A stretch of 56,592 nt of DNA from Candidatus Woesearchaeota archaeon (GTDB lineage Archaea > Nanobdellota > Nanobdellia > Pacearchaeales > GW2011-AR1), in the NCBI GenBank assembly GCA_964364885.1, contig CAYIOA010000001.1, forward strand, positions 1-56,592, read 5' to 3'. The notes under the pieces were generated by a model that did not search any database, was not told where the DNA came from, and saw nothing but the letters and a program-made list of their open reading frames with translations. This document shows, piece after piece, positions 8,051 through 17,827 of the stretch (position 1 is its first letter; each line of letters opens with the position of its first letter). The position numbers and the translations under genes were made by a program.

Positions 8051-9130
8051 ATGGTACTTGATTTCGCAAAGGAAGCAATAAAAAATGCAGAAGCATATAG
8101 TATAAATTTTGACGAACTAAGGGCGGGAAAAGCCAATATCAAGGTTTTTGGTGTTGGCGGTGCAGGTTCAAACACAGCAACGTGGTTATTCAACAAAGGT
8201 ATCAATGGAGCAACAGTCTATGGAGTCAATACAGATGCCTTGCATCTTAGTATTACAAAAACAGACGAAAAGATTCTTATCGGAAAAGAGCTGACACGCG
8301 GGCTTGGTGCTGGAGGAAAGCCAAATATAGGAAGAGAAGCTGCAAAAGAATCTCTTTCCGAGCTTAAAAGAGCAACAAGCGGAGCTGACATGGTTTTTGT
8401 GCTAGTCGGTCTTGGCGGTGGAACAGGAACAGGAGCAGCACCTGTAATAGCGCAACTGGCTAAAGAGTCAGGAGCAGTTGTTATTGCAGTAGCTACAATG
8501 CCATTCGACTGTGAAAAAGTCAGACAGGATAAAGCTGAATTCGGCTTGCAGGAGCTAACAGAAGTAGTTGACACAGCAATTCTCATAGACAACAACAGAC
8601 TCGTAGATATCGCAGGAAATCTTCCAATGGAGCAGGCATTTGCAGTCGCGAATGAGCTAGTTAGTACAATGATAAAAGGAATCGTGGAAACAATTACCTT
8701 GCCATCATTAATTAATCTAGACTACGCAGACGTTTCTGCAATTATGAAAAACGGCGATGTTGCCGTCATTGGAGTAGGAGAATCAGATGCAACATCAAGA
8801 GTTGATGAAGCAGTAAGACAAGCTCTAACACAGCCATTACTTGATGTAGATTACCGGGGAGCAACAGGCGCGCTCATTCACATAACCTGCGGTCCAGACT
8901 TCAAACTAGAAGAATTCTCTGGTGTTGGAGAGCTCGTCACTGAAAACATAAGCCCTGACGCACAAGTCATTATAGGAGCAAGAATCAACAAAGAATTCGC
9001 AAATAAAGTGAGAGTAATCACAATAATGACTGGAGTTAAATCTCCTTACGTCTTAGGAAGACTCAATGAAAAAGAGCAGGAAAGAGCATCCTCAGAAATG
9101 TCAGAGCTAGGTATAGAAGTTTTCAGGTAA
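8051..9130 (+). CDS. ftsZ: Cell division GTPase FtsZ
   Basis: GVGGAGSN, the tubulin signature GLGGGTGTGAAPVIA, and NTDALHL. Confidence 0.95.
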   Translation: MVLDFAKEAIKNAEAYSINFDELRAGKANIKVFGVGGAGSNTATWLFNKGINGATVYGVNTDALHLSITKTDEKILIGKELTRGLGAGGKPNIGREAAKESLSELKRATSGADMVFVLVGLGGGTGTGAAPVIAQLAKESGAVVIAVATMPFDCEKVRQDKAEFGLQELTEVVDTAILIDNNRLVDIAGNLPMEQAFAVANELVSTMIKGIVETITLPSLINLDYADVSAIMKNGDVAVIGVGESDATSRVDEAVRQALTQPLLDVDYRGATGALIHITCGPDFKLEEFSGVGELVTENISPDAQVIIGARINKEFANKVRVITIMTGVKSPYVLGRLNEKEQERASSEMSELGIEVFR

Positions 9131-9182
9131 ACTTCCTATTTTATTTTTCTTCTTTTTTGTTTTATTTTCTCAATTATCACTT

Positions 9183-9764
9183 CTAACTAGGAGGATTATA
9201 ATCTTCCTTGCCCTCTTCAAATAATGTTGGTCTTCTCGTTTTATTCCACTCCTCCCAATACAAAGAACTTTCCAGTGATCTCTTTATCCTATCTCTTTTT
9301 TGAACAGAGTTATTCTCATGTCCGACAGGTATAATTGCCTCAATCTGTATATGTTGGGGAATTTTCAGCTTCTCTTTCACGATTTCATCAGAATAAGCGC
9401 CAACCCAGCAGGCACTCAATCCTAAATCAACCAGCTTGAATAGCAGTGTAACAATCGCTGCACCAGCTTGCTGCCTGGAATAAACTCTCCCGCGCTCGCC
9501 GTAGATATTCTCAAGATGAGTATCGTCCGATAACACCAAAACTAAAATAGAAGACTCATTAATCCAAAGTTGCTCGCAAAATCCAGCTATCTCTTTTATA
9601 ATCTCCTTGTTCTCGACAATTAAAAATTTCAAATTATTCTGGTTTCCGGCAAATGGCCCGTTACTAGTCGCGTCTATTGCTTCTAAAACATCCTTCCAGC
9701 TTGTCTTCTTTTTTGTAAAACCCCTCACCGACTTTCTTTTTTTAATAACACTGTCAAATTCCAT
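9183..9764 (-). CDS. Nitroreductase-family protein
   Basis: N-terminal VIKKRKSVRGFTKK and overall nitroreductase-like layout. 193 aa. Confidence 0.7.
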   Translation of the reverse strand: MEFDSVIKKRKSVRGFTKKKTSWKDVLEAIDATSNGPFAGNQNNLKFLIVENKEIIKEIAGFCEQLWINESSILVLVLSDDTHLENIYGERGRVYSRQQAGAAIVTLLFKLVDLGLSACWVGAYSDEIVKEKLKIPQHIQIEAIIPVGHENNSVQKRDRIKRSLESSLYWEEWNKTRRPTLFEEGKEDYNPPS

Positions 9765-9800
9765 AGCAAAAACAGGTAAATGATATATAAAAAGCTTGTC

Positions 9801-10895
9801 TTACTGTCTCACTCTAATTTCTCCTCCGCCGACAACTCTCTCTCCGTCATATAAAACAACTGATTGCCCCTCCGCCACTCCTTCAACTCCGCTAACAAAA
9901 TTAAAAATAATTCTCCCTTTTATCCTGTTTATTCTTCCTTTATGCATCTCCCCAAGATGGCGTATTCTTGCATTAAACTTTTTATTATTAACTTTCTCTC
10001 TTAGGTCTATCAAATGAAAATTCTTTACAAATATTTTTTTTCTTTTCAGAGTGCTATGCCCCTCTGGAGCAACAATCAAAGTGTTTCCTTTCTTTTGAGC
10101 AACATACAATTTGCAGATTTTGCCTCCTAAATTTTCTCTATTAATCTCAAACCCATTCCTCTCGCCGGCTCTCTCGCCAATTGTAAAAAACATGCTTCCA
10201 GGATGTACTCCAATAACCTCTCCAGACGGTAGAATCACCTTCCCCTTTTTCTCTTTTATTTTCTTTTTTAAAAATAATTTCATATCCCTCTTCCCGACAA
10301 AACAAATTCCTCTTGTGCCTTTTTTATCCCAGTTGGGAAATTTGCCCCCTCTTGCAATCTCTCTAATTTCTTCTTTCTTGTACTCTCCTACAGGAAATAA
10401 AACATGAGAAAGATGCTCTTGATTTAGTTCATAAAGAAAATAAGACTGATCCTTATTCTTGTCTATTCCAGCCAGCAAATAAAATCCATTTTTCCCGTGG
10501 CGAACTCGGGCATAATGCCCGGTTGCAATAAAATCAGCCTTCTCTTTTTTTGCCTCATTCCACAAAAAAGGAAATTTGATAACTTTATTGCACAAAATAT
10601 CAGGATTAGGTGTTAGCCCTCGAGAATAATCTCTGTACATCTTTTCAATTATTTCTTTTTTATAATTCTTTTCGTAATCAACTTTTTTTATTGGTATCTT
10701 CAATAAAAAAGCGATTTTCTGAGCCATTCTCCATTCCTCCCGCCAGGAGCATTCTCCAGTCAGTTCATTCTTGCTGTCAGAATAATTCTTCATGAAAATA
10801 CCTCTAACATCATATCCTTGTTTTTTCAGCAAAAACGCAGCTACGCTTGAATCAACCCCGCCGGACATTCCAATAACAACTACTCTCTTCCCCAT
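9801..10895 (-). CDS. mnmA: tRNA-specific 2-thiouridylase MnmA (bacterial-type)
   Basis: PP-loop VVIGMSGGVDSSVAA, NPDILCN, GHYAR, KDQSYFL. Confidence 0.9.
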   Translation of the reverse strand: MGKRVVVIGMSGGVDSSVAAFLLKKQGYDVRGIFMKNYSDSKNELTGECSWREEWRMAQKIAFLLKIPIKKVDYEKNYKKEIIEKMYRDYSRGLTPNPDILCNKVIKFPFLWNEAKKEKADFIATGHYARVRHGKNGFYLLAGIDKNKDQSYFLYELNQEHLSHVLFPVGEYKKEEIREIARGGKFPNWDKKGTRGICFVGKRDMKLFLKKKIKEKKGKVILPSGEVIGVHPGSMFFTIGERAGERNGFEINRENLGGKICKLYVAQKKGNTLIVAPEGHSTLKRKKIFVKNFHLIDLREKVNNKKFNARIRHLGEMHKGRINRIKGRIIFNFVSGVEGVAEGQSVVLYDGERVVGGGEIRVRQ

Positions 10896-10945
10896 CTCAA
10901 TTCAAAAAAAGGAAAGATTATAAAGTTTCTTAAATCTATAAAAAT

Positions 10946-11155
10946 ATGACAGAAAAAGTTTCAACAGGTGGCTTGATGAGCTTTAAATATGAAAAAACTC
11001 ATGCTCCAAAACTAAACGAAGATGAAAAAAAAGAAATAGAAAAAGCATATGAAAAGTACTATGAAAGGAAAAGAAAAGAAAAAAAGCGGAGAGTAATTAT
11101 AATATCAATAATAACAGTAATATTGCTTGTCTCAATTTATTTCCTGCTCAAATAA
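10946..11155 (+). CDS. Small Lys/Glu-rich protein with a C-terminal TM helix (tail-anchored type)
   Basis: 69-aa ORF with C-terminal VIIISIITVILLVSIYFLL. No homology recognised. Confidence 0.4.
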   Translation: MTEKVSTGGLMSFKYEKTHAPKLNEDEKKEIEKAYEKYYERKRKEKKRRVIIISIITVILLVSIYFLLK

Positions 11156-11158
11156 AAA

Positions 11159-11272
11159 ATCACAAAGTCCTTGAGTTTTACCGCACCTTAAAAGGTGCGG
11201 TTTGTTTGGACTTTGGGAGGACCGGGAGAAATCGACAGCAACTAACTCCAATCTAAAGATTGGAGATTTCTC
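11159..11272 (+). repeat. Modular nested-hairpin repeat, copy B
   Basis: AATCACAAAGTCCTTG...CCGCACC-TTAAAA-GGTGCGG-TTTGTTTGGACTTTGGGA, then GAGAAAT...CTCCAATC-TAAA-GATTGGAG-ATTTCTC. Ends 12 nt from the tRNA-Asn 3' end. Confidence 0.75.
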
Positions 11273-11284
11273 ACGTGTATTAAA

Positions 11285-11357
11285 CGTCTCGGAGAGGACT
11301 CGAACCTCTGACCCCATGGTTAACAGCCATGTGCTCTGCCAGCTGAGCTACCGAGAC
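11285..11357 (-). tRNA. tRNA-Asn (anticodon GTT), no encoded CCA
   Basis: The reverse complement folds as a cloverleaf. Acceptor GTCTCGG/CCGAGAC, D stem GCTC/GAGC, anticodon stem CATGG/CCATG with loop CTGTTAA, T stem AGAGG/CCTCT with loop TTCGAGT, discriminator G. Confidence 0.93.
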
Positions 11358-11592
11358 TTAATAATTCGAGAAAAAAATCTTATTTAAAGATTGCTATGAA
11401 AAAAATTCCGGCAGTTGTCGCAAAATAACTGGATTTATTCTTCCGTCGACAAAAATTTATCATTAAATTGTCTAATCAGACAAAAAAATAATTTATACGA
11501 TAAATTTATAAACAAAAACTCCATAATACATGTATCACTAAAAGAGGTGAAATAAAGATATGGCAAAGAAAAAAAAGAAAAAAAGATAAATA

Positions 11593-12123
11593 TTACACAA
11601 TTTTTTTATTTTTATTATTTTTTATTTTCAATCCAAGTTCATAATTTAATTTTGTCTTGTTTATCTTCTCTAAAAATCTGTATATATTCGATTGTTTTGC
11701 GCCCCTTATGAGGTTAACGACAGCAGTCGTGACATCCTCTATAGATTCTGCATCTCCTAAAATACCGACTTCACTTTGTCTTATTATGATGCTGCATCCG
11801 GAAATTTCTTCTATTATCTTTTTTGTTTTGCCTTTTATACCTATCAACCTCGCTCTCACAACACTCAAGTTTTTTCTTCTTGTATGCTCTTTAATATGAA
11901 TTTTCTTAAAAACTACATCTTCATTTTTCAGCAATAAAGACTTTTTAACTGAAAATCCAAAAAGAAAAGCATCAAGCGCCATATCCGCCTCGTATTCATC
12001 CAGTGAAGAGCCGGAAATTAAAACTTTTCTGCCGGAAATTTCTATCTTTACATTCAGTCCCTTTTCCAATTCTTCTCTGAATTTTCTTAGCGATTCGATA
12101 TTGTCAGTATAAATTGTTATCAT
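11593..12123 (-). CDS. KH-domain RNA-binding protein (archaeal Dim2/Pno1-like)
   Basis: GxxG KH motif in LIGIKGKTKKIIEEISGCSIII. Sits in the conserved neighbourhood with aIF2-beta. Confidence 0.65.
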   Translation of the reverse strand: MITIYTDNIESLRKFREELEKGLNVKIEISGRKVLISGSSLDEYEADMALDAFLFGFSVKKSLLLKNEDVVFKKIHIKEHTRRKNLSVVRARLIGIKGKTKKIIEEISGCSIIIRQSEVGILGDAESIEDVTTAVVNLIRGAKQSNIYRFLEKINKTKLNYELGLKIKNNKNKKIV

Positions 12124-12162
12124 ATAAGAATCAATAAAAGCTTTTTGCTCATCTAAGCTGTC

Positions 12163-12462
12163 TTACAGCAGGACCAAAGCAAAAGGAACTCCTTGCACCA
12201 TTCCGATTCCTCCCTCGGCGATTATCCCTGCCTTTAAAGCAGTATTAATCGACTTCTCTCCTACAATATTAAAAGTGGCATCATCCATAGAAAAGTTTTT
12301 TAAATGCTCTATAATCTCGTCAGAATCTGCTTCCTCTCCCTTGAAAAAATTTTCTTGAATTTCAAGTTGTTTTATTCCCTCCTCAAATTTTTTCCCTAGA
12401 AGCTCTTTGTCGCATATAGCAACAACAAGCCTGTAAGACCTGTGAACTTTAATATACATCAT
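12163..12462 (-). CDS. DUF424-family archaeal protein
   Basis: MMYIKVHRSYRLVVAICDKELLGKKFEEG ... GVPFALVL resembles the DUF424 pattern. 4-nt overlap with the aIF2-beta gene. Confidence 0.6.
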   Translation of the reverse strand: MMYIKVHRSYRLVVAICDKELLGKKFEEGIKQLEIQENFFKGEEADSDEIIEHLKNFSMDDATFNIVGEKSINTALKAGIIAEGGIGMVQGVPFALVLL

Positions 12463-12869
12463 AAATTATATCTTACTGGAGACTTTGCTCCGCAGGCAAG
12501 ACAATGCTTATACTTAACTCCCTTCTCAGATATAATCTCTGTGTCTGGTTTCTTGCATTCATTGCAGATAACAAACTCTCGCGTATATTTATCTATCTTC
12601 TCATTGACAATAAAAGAATTCATTTTTGTTTTTAATATTAATCTGCCATTCTCTAGTTTTACATAAACAGCCAGCTCCTTCTGAAGAAATTTTGTTAAAT
12701 GCTCAACTGGACGCCTCAAATAATTTGCAATTGGGGATATATTAGTTATAACAGTATTATTTCCCATCACTTGGCCCTCAACTTTTGGCACTTCAAATCT
12801 CTCCGACCCTCTTTCAACTACCTTAACTTTCTCATACGCTTTCTTCAGAAGTTGCTCATACGTTTCCAT
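12459..12869 (-). CDS. Translation initiation factor aIF2 beta subunit
   Basis: 136 aa. C-terminal zinc ribbon CNECKKPDT...CLACGA and N-terminal YEQLLKKAYEKV typical of aIF2-beta. Confidence 0.85.
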   Translation of the reverse strand: METYEQLLKKAYEKVKVVERGSERFEVPKVEGQVMGNNTVITNISPIANYLRRPVEHLTKFLQKELAVYVKLENGRLILKTKMNSFIVNEKIDKYTREFVICNECKKPDTEIISEKGVKYKHCLACGAKSPVRYNL

Positions 12870-12919
12870 GATAAAAAAGACTAAGAAGACTTTATAAAGA
12901 TAACTCTCCTAAATAAAAA

Positions 12920-13537
12920 ATGTTCAAGATAAAAAATTTTGTTCTTGGAATAGGTATTGTAGTAGTTTTTGCGCTTACCCTATGGCAGGGAATAGAAGCT
13001 TTTTATCCCTCGCCGGCATATGAAGATTTTTGTAAAGGTACAGATTTTGGAAGATATCCTGTTAAAGAAAACCTTGCTGCCCCGATAAGTGAACAAACTT
13101 GTACCTTCTCAAAAAATCTGCAGGAGCAGCAGCAGCGCTGCTATAACGAAGGAGGCACCCCTATATTCGAATATAATGACAGCGGTTGCACAATCAATAT
13201 AAAAAATTGCGATTTTTGCAACAAAGAATTCAATGAAGCAACAGATTCCCACGCCAAAACAGTATTTTACATATCCCTGATAATAAGCATTCTTGTCTTA
13301 ATAATCGGTTTTTCTGTCCTGAGTATTGAGCCAGTTGGCTCCGCTCTGCTCGGCTCAGCAATCTGGTCTATTTTTTATGGCACAGTAATAAATTGGAGAA
13401 ACTTTTCTAATATTTGGAGGTTTCTGCTTTTGTTTTTCGTACTTATCCTTATAATATGGATAACACTAAGATTAAATTCAGTCAAAGAAAAGAAAAAGGG
13501 CTTTTGGATTTCTTTGGGTTTTGGCAAAAGTCAATAA
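12920..13537 (+). CDS. Membrane protein with a Cys-rich ectodomain (hypothetical)
   Basis: N-terminal TM helix, about 90 aa containing 8 Cys, then three C-terminal TM helices. Confidence 0.55.
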   Translation: MFKIKNFVLGIGIVVVFALTLWQGIEAFYPSPAYEDFCKGTDFGRYPVKENLAAPISEQTCTFSKNLQEQQQRCYNEGGTPIFEYNDSGCTINIKNCDFCNKEFNEATDSHAKTVFYISLIISILVLIIGFSVLSIEPVGSALLGSAIWSIFYGTVINWRNFSNIWRFLLLFFVLILIIWITLRLNSVKEKKKGFWISLGFGKSQ

Positions 13538-13544
13538 CAAAAAA

Positions 13545-14171
13545 TTATCCAAGATATCTTAATTTCCCGGGTCTTGGCTCATAAGCAATACCATCTTCCA
13601 ATAATTTTTTTATTTCCTGATTAATAATTTCCGGAGGCTCGTGAGACTCTATAATAATTTTCTCTATATCAACACCCCCGTTTTTTTCAGCTTCTTTAAC
13701 CATGCTCACTATTCTGTCCCTAAGCTCAGCAATAACTGTCTTATCAACAATTTTCGGCTGCTCCAAGTCCAGCTCCAATTTTCTCACAAGTAAATAAGCC
13801 GGCTCTTTTTTCTTAATTATCTCCGGCGTGATATAAAGTTCATTATTCCAAGAACGCAAAAGACCAATAACCAAAACAGTATCTCCTTGATTCAAATTGC
13901 TGAATTTATCAACATCCTCGCCGAATAGCTTAACACGAAGCTGTCCGCTTGCGTCATCAATTGTTATTGTGCCGTATTTTTTCTCCCCCTCTTGGATATA
14001 CTTATCAACTATATTGGCTATAACATTTATTCTAAAAAATTTTTTGTCTGAAACTTCAAGATATCTGAGTCTCTCGCCTTCGATAACAGGCCTGCCGGCA
14101 AGTATTGTTCCGATTCTGGCTTTGTAAGCTATATTCCTTTTTTGCGGAGATTGTAAACTTTGCTCTTCCAT
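13545..14171 (-). CDS. OB-fold plus C-terminal winged-helix protein (RPA32/RPA2-like ssDNA-binding candidate)
   Basis: OB-like core (FFRINVIANIV...GTITIDDASGQLRVKLFGED...GDTVLVIG). C-terminal wH-like tail ending GIAYEPRPGKLRYLG. I chose the ATG at 14171 (MEEQSLQ); the ORF-track start at 14249 would overlap mcm by 77 nt. Confidence 0.6.
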   Translation of the reverse strand: MEEQSLQSPQKRNIAYKARIGTILAGRPVIEGERLRYLEVSDKKFFRINVIANIVDKYIQEGEKKYGTITIDDASGQLRVKLFGEDVDKFSNLNQGDTVLVIGLLRSWNNELYITPEIIKKKEPAYLLVRKLELDLEQPKIVDKTVIAELRDRIVSMVKEAEKNGGVDIEKIIIESHEPPEIINQEIKKLLEDGIAYEPRPGKLRYLG

Positions 14172-14172
14172 T

Positions 14173-16200
14173 TTAAGTTCTTTGAACAAATCCTTTTTTT
14201 GGTTTGAAAATAAATCCCTCTTTCTCCAAATGCATAAGAGCATCTTCAAGTTCTGCTTCTGTTATCTTCCCTCCCAAGAAAGTTATTATCTCCTCCCGAG
14301 GAATAAGCTTGCCCAGCTTTGACTCTAACTGCGAAAGAGTCTCTCTGACTAGAATCATTTTGCCCCTTGTTGAAGAAGCTATTCCCGTTGTAATTCTGTC
14401 TATATCAAAAGTTTTTGTTTCTTCATCATAGCCAACCTGCATTAGCGAGTATTTTAACAATTCAATTGCTATTTTTGCATCCTCTTTGAGCAGCTCACCA
14501 CGAAGATGCATTTTGGCATGGGCTTCCGAGAGCCGTATAATCCCTTCAAGCTGGCGCGCAGTTATCGGAATTGGTTTTATTTCTGTATCTGATTTTACAG
14601 CCCTGTTTCTCAGCTTGATATAAAAATCTTTAATCTCATCAATTGCTTCATTTGTAAGCCTGGGTTTTATTTTCTGCCTTGCATAAGCAATATATTTTCT
14701 TAATAATTTTGGCTCAATAACATCTCTTATTACTCCCTGCTTATGCTCCTCAAGCACATGAGATGCAATCGCTTCATCCTGCGCTCTGTTTGGCAAATCT
14801 CGGATAATAAAAATAACGTCGAATCTGCTCAGTAAAGCAGGAGAAATATCAATCTGTTGCGGTATAGGTGTATATGGATCAAATCTTCCTAGTTTGGGGT
14901 TGCCAGCAGCCAGCACAGTAGTCTCAGCTCTCAAGCTGGCATGAATATTCGCCTTGCTGATTGTAACAGATTGCTGCTCCATTGCCTCATGCAGCGCGCT
15001 TCTGTCCTGCTCATTCATCTTTTCTATTTCATCTATGCAAACCACTCCTTTATTCGATAAAACCATAGCCCCGGCTTCAAGACTCCATCCGCGCAAAAAT
15101 TCATCTTTTACAACAGCAGCAGTCAAACCAGCAGCAGACGCAGCTTTTCCAGAAACATAACGTCCTTTAGGAGCAATGCCGGAAGCATATTTCAATAAGA
15201 CTGACTTTGCCACTCCAGGATCCCCAACAAGCAAAACATGAATATCCCCTCGTGTAGACCCCCCGTCAGACTTTGTTTTTTTAACACCTCCAAACAGCTG
15301 CAATAACACTGCTTCTTTAATCTTATCATACCCGTAAATGCTGGGTGCAAAACTCTGGCTCAATCTTTTAAATAATTTCGGATCTGCAGCAAGCTCTCTA
15401 ATTTCTCTTTCATCCTCTTCAGATATTTGAAGGTCCTCAAAAGAATCCTCCATAGGTATTATATTATTTACCTCTAAAGCAATATCAAACCTTGTTGAAA
15501 TAGCTCCGGTCTGCAAGGGAACAGGAACCTCTTTTAAAACGCCGAATATTTTTGTTCTGCTCCCTGGAGTTGTGCGCTCTTCCATTCTTGGGTCTACTAA
15601 ATCTTCTTTCAGGAAAACATTAATTCTTCGCGGCTGCTCTCCTCCGTCCAATGTATCCGGCGATTCCTCAAGAACAAGTCTCTGCGCATCAACCATTTCT
15701 TTTGATAAAAGCTTGAAATTCCCTTTCCAGTTGCATGAACATCTAGAAGGCTCGCGAAATTTTCTGTCAATCTGCAAAACAGACAAAACAGCTCCGCAAT
15801 TAGGACATTCAAACTTGGCGTTTACAACTTGAGGTCTAACATCTGAAGATTGCCTGACAATTCCTTCAACCCATAAAAATTTATCAAGATGTTTTGCTCT
15901 AATCTCGCGAATCCTGAGAAAAGTGCTTCTAGGCAAGTCTTTAATCCTTACCCTTGGTTTTGCTACCCACTCCAAATCTTCCAGCGCTATTTCAAGGTCA
16001 GCAAGCGTCTCTTCCGGAAACTCTATAACTCTCTCTGATAAAACAGGAGAAAAAGCAAGCAGTCTCGGAAATTCCAACTGCACTATCCCCTCTCCTGATC
16101 TTATCGACTCCCCAAACTCTCTTTTATGAATATCAAAAAAATTCTTCGCCTCAAGTATCAGCTCTTCTTTCCCTTGCTTATACCTCTGTTTTGCCTCCAT
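14173..16200 (-). CDS. mcm: MCM replicative helicase
   Basis: Zn finger CPNCG...CSC, Walker A GDPGVAKS, Walker B CIDEIEKM, arginine finger SRFD. 675 aa, no intein. Confidence 0.95.
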   Translation of the reverse strand: MEAKQRYKQGKEELILEAKNFFDIHKREFGESIRSGEGIVQLEFPRLLAFSPVLSERVIEFPEETLADLEIALEDLEWVAKPRVRIKDLPRSTFLRIREIRAKHLDKFLWVEGIVRQSSDVRPQVVNAKFECPNCGAVLSVLQIDRKFREPSRCSCNWKGNFKLLSKEMVDAQRLVLEESPDTLDGGEQPRRINVFLKEDLVDPRMEERTTPGSRTKIFGVLKEVPVPLQTGAISTRFDIALEVNNIIPMEDSFEDLQISEEDEREIRELAADPKLFKRLSQSFAPSIYGYDKIKEAVLLQLFGGVKKTKSDGGSTRGDIHVLLVGDPGVAKSVLLKYASGIAPKGRYVSGKAASAAGLTAAVVKDEFLRGWSLEAGAMVLSNKGVVCIDEIEKMNEQDRSALHEAMEQQSVTISKANIHASLRAETTVLAAGNPKLGRFDPYTPIPQQIDISPALLSRFDVIFIIRDLPNRAQDEAIASHVLEEHKQGVIRDVIEPKLLRKYIAYARQKIKPRLTNEAIDEIKDFYIKLRNRAVKSDTEIKPIPITARQLEGIIRLSEAHAKMHLRGELLKEDAKIAIELLKYSLMQVGYDEETKTFDIDRITTGIASSTRGKMILVRETLSQLESKLGKLIPREEIITFLGGKITEAELEDALMHLEKEGFIFKPKKGFVQRT

Positions 16201-16296
16201 ACATGAGAAAAAAATTATCTCTTTATATTGTTTATTGTTCTAAACTATAAAAAATTAATATTGAGTACCACGAATCAATGACATGAGAAACCCCAG

Positions 16297-17403
16297 TTAT
16301 TCTATCGGAAACCTCAAAATAGCTCCGACGCCCTTTGTTAAATTTAAAAATTGCTCTCCATGCTGATTATCCAACGAGATTATAACTGTCTCAGCACCTG
16401 TATTCAAAGCAGCCTCCTCAAATTCCTTGACTAAATTCTTCTCAAACGTTCTAGAAATCAAGAGAACATTTACCGCTCCCCTGTTTAATGCAAGCCTTAC
16501 TTTCTCTGGCCCGTAGGCAGCAAGACTCTTATTTTTTCCAAGAGTCTCAAAGAATCTAGTAAGGATTTTTTTCTCCTTAATTAACTCTTGCTGGGATATA
16601 TCCTCCTGAGAAACTTCAACCAGCAATTCCAAGCCATGCTCATCAACATATCCTATATCCTTCACCGCAATGATTTTCTCTTTTAACTTAGTTACTAGCT
16701 CCCCCTCGTCAAGAAAATCCTCCTTCGTCGGTATAGGCCCTCCAACCAAAATTCCCTTTAGTCTAGGCATCTCAAAAAAGATTTTTTTCATTTCATCAGC
16801 AACTCTTCTAAAAAATTCTTTTGCCAAACCCTCTGTAACCCTATGAAAACGCTGAGAAGATTGCCCTCCAGCCCTCACCTTCCCGGGAACACCGGAAGTA
16901 AGTTTCTGCAGAACATTAATGCGCTTCCCCTCCAATAATCCTATAGTTGCCTGCTGCCTGTCAATAACTAAAAGGCCGTAAACTTCCTTCACACCAATAA
17001 TTTCTTTTAATGGCTCAACAACAAATTCCTGATCGCAATGATATAATTTAACATTCATAGGCTGAGGCGGCTCGTAAATCCACAGCTTAATATCTTGCTG
17101 TCCCTCTTTTTCAGACACATTTCCGCAGAAAATAGCCAGCCCGTTGGGAGGAGTCATTTTATAATTTTTTAGTTCTCGGATAATCATTTCCAAGGCAGTT
17201 GTCACAGCATTCCTGGTTTGTTTTGATTTTATATTAGAAGCCATTGATTTTTCATATTCAAGCTGTCTTGAAATTGAATTAAGATTATGCCCTGCCGGAA
17301 CATAAACAGTCACCAGCTCTGTATGCCTCCCCTTTATACTTCCAACTAGCTCAATAAGTTCTTCAATTTCTCGTTTTTTCTTCTCATCTACATCCATAAA
17401 CAA
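16297..17403 (-). CDS. prf1: Peptide chain release factor aRF1
   Basis: NIKS (ASNIKSK), YxCxxxF (YHCDQEF), GGQ (RAGGQSSQRF). Confidence 0.92.
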   Translation of the reverse strand: MFMDVDEKKKREIEELIELVGSIKGRHTELVTVYVPAGHNLNSISRQLEYEKSMASNIKSKQTRNAVTTALEMIIRELKNYKMTPPNGLAIFCGNVSEKEGQQDIKLWIYEPPQPMNVKLYHCDQEFVVEPLKEIIGVKEVYGLLVIDRQQATIGLLEGKRINVLQKLTSGVPGKVRAGGQSSQRFHRVTEGLAKEFFRRVADEMKKIFFEMPRLKGILVGGPIPTKEDFLDEGELVTKLKEKIIAVKDIGYVDEHGLELLVEVSQEDISQQELIKEKKILTRFFETLGKNKSLAAYGPEKVRLALNRGAVNVLLISRTFEKNLVKEFEEAALNTGAETVIISLDNQHGEQFLNLTKGVGAILRFPIE

Positions 17404-17442
17404 AATAAAAAGCAGAAGTTAATAAAACTTAGCATTCAAATT

Positions 17443-17778
17443 TCACTTCTCAAACCTAAAAGCTCTTTGTCCAAAAGCATTTAGGGGCGCGCCGTGTTTC
17501 AGTCTATACAAATCATCAAGATGCATCTCGAGCGCTTCTGCGTCACTACCTGCTCCGTAGTATCTCTTGTGAAAATTCTCCTTGTCTACACGAAGTATTC
17601 TCCCCGCATAATCAACCACAATCAAATACTCTATTGGATGTTTTCTCCTGTCAAAAAATAAATCCATTTTTAAATTTACAATCTCTTTCCCCAAATAAGA
17701 ATCACCCCTCTCACCCCCAAAAATCTTAAGCCCCATTTTTTCATTTAAAGCAATGCCGTATTTAAAACTGATTGTCAA
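17443..17778 (-). CDS. Hypothetical protein (111 aa)
   Basis: ORF with coding-like composition. No motif recognised. Confidence 0.45.
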   Translation of the reverse strand: MTISFKYGIALNEKMGLKIFGGERGDSYLGKEIVNLKMDLFFDRRKHPIEYLIVVDYAGRILRVDKENFHKRYYGAGSDAEALEMHLDDLYRLKHGAPLNAFGQRAFRFEK

Positions 17779-17827
17779 ACTGCTTTGACATTAACGGTTG
17801 GTAAAACCAACAAAAAATAATGGCTTT

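Noticed and set aside
11560-11589. Nine-codon ORF MAKKKKKKR preceded by an AGAGGTG SD-like site, reminiscent of a very basic L41e-type ribosomal micro-protein
   Set aside because: It is far shorter than known L41e (~25 aa), and an A-rich run in an AT-rich spacer easily gives Lys codons by chance. It cannot be supported from sequence alone.
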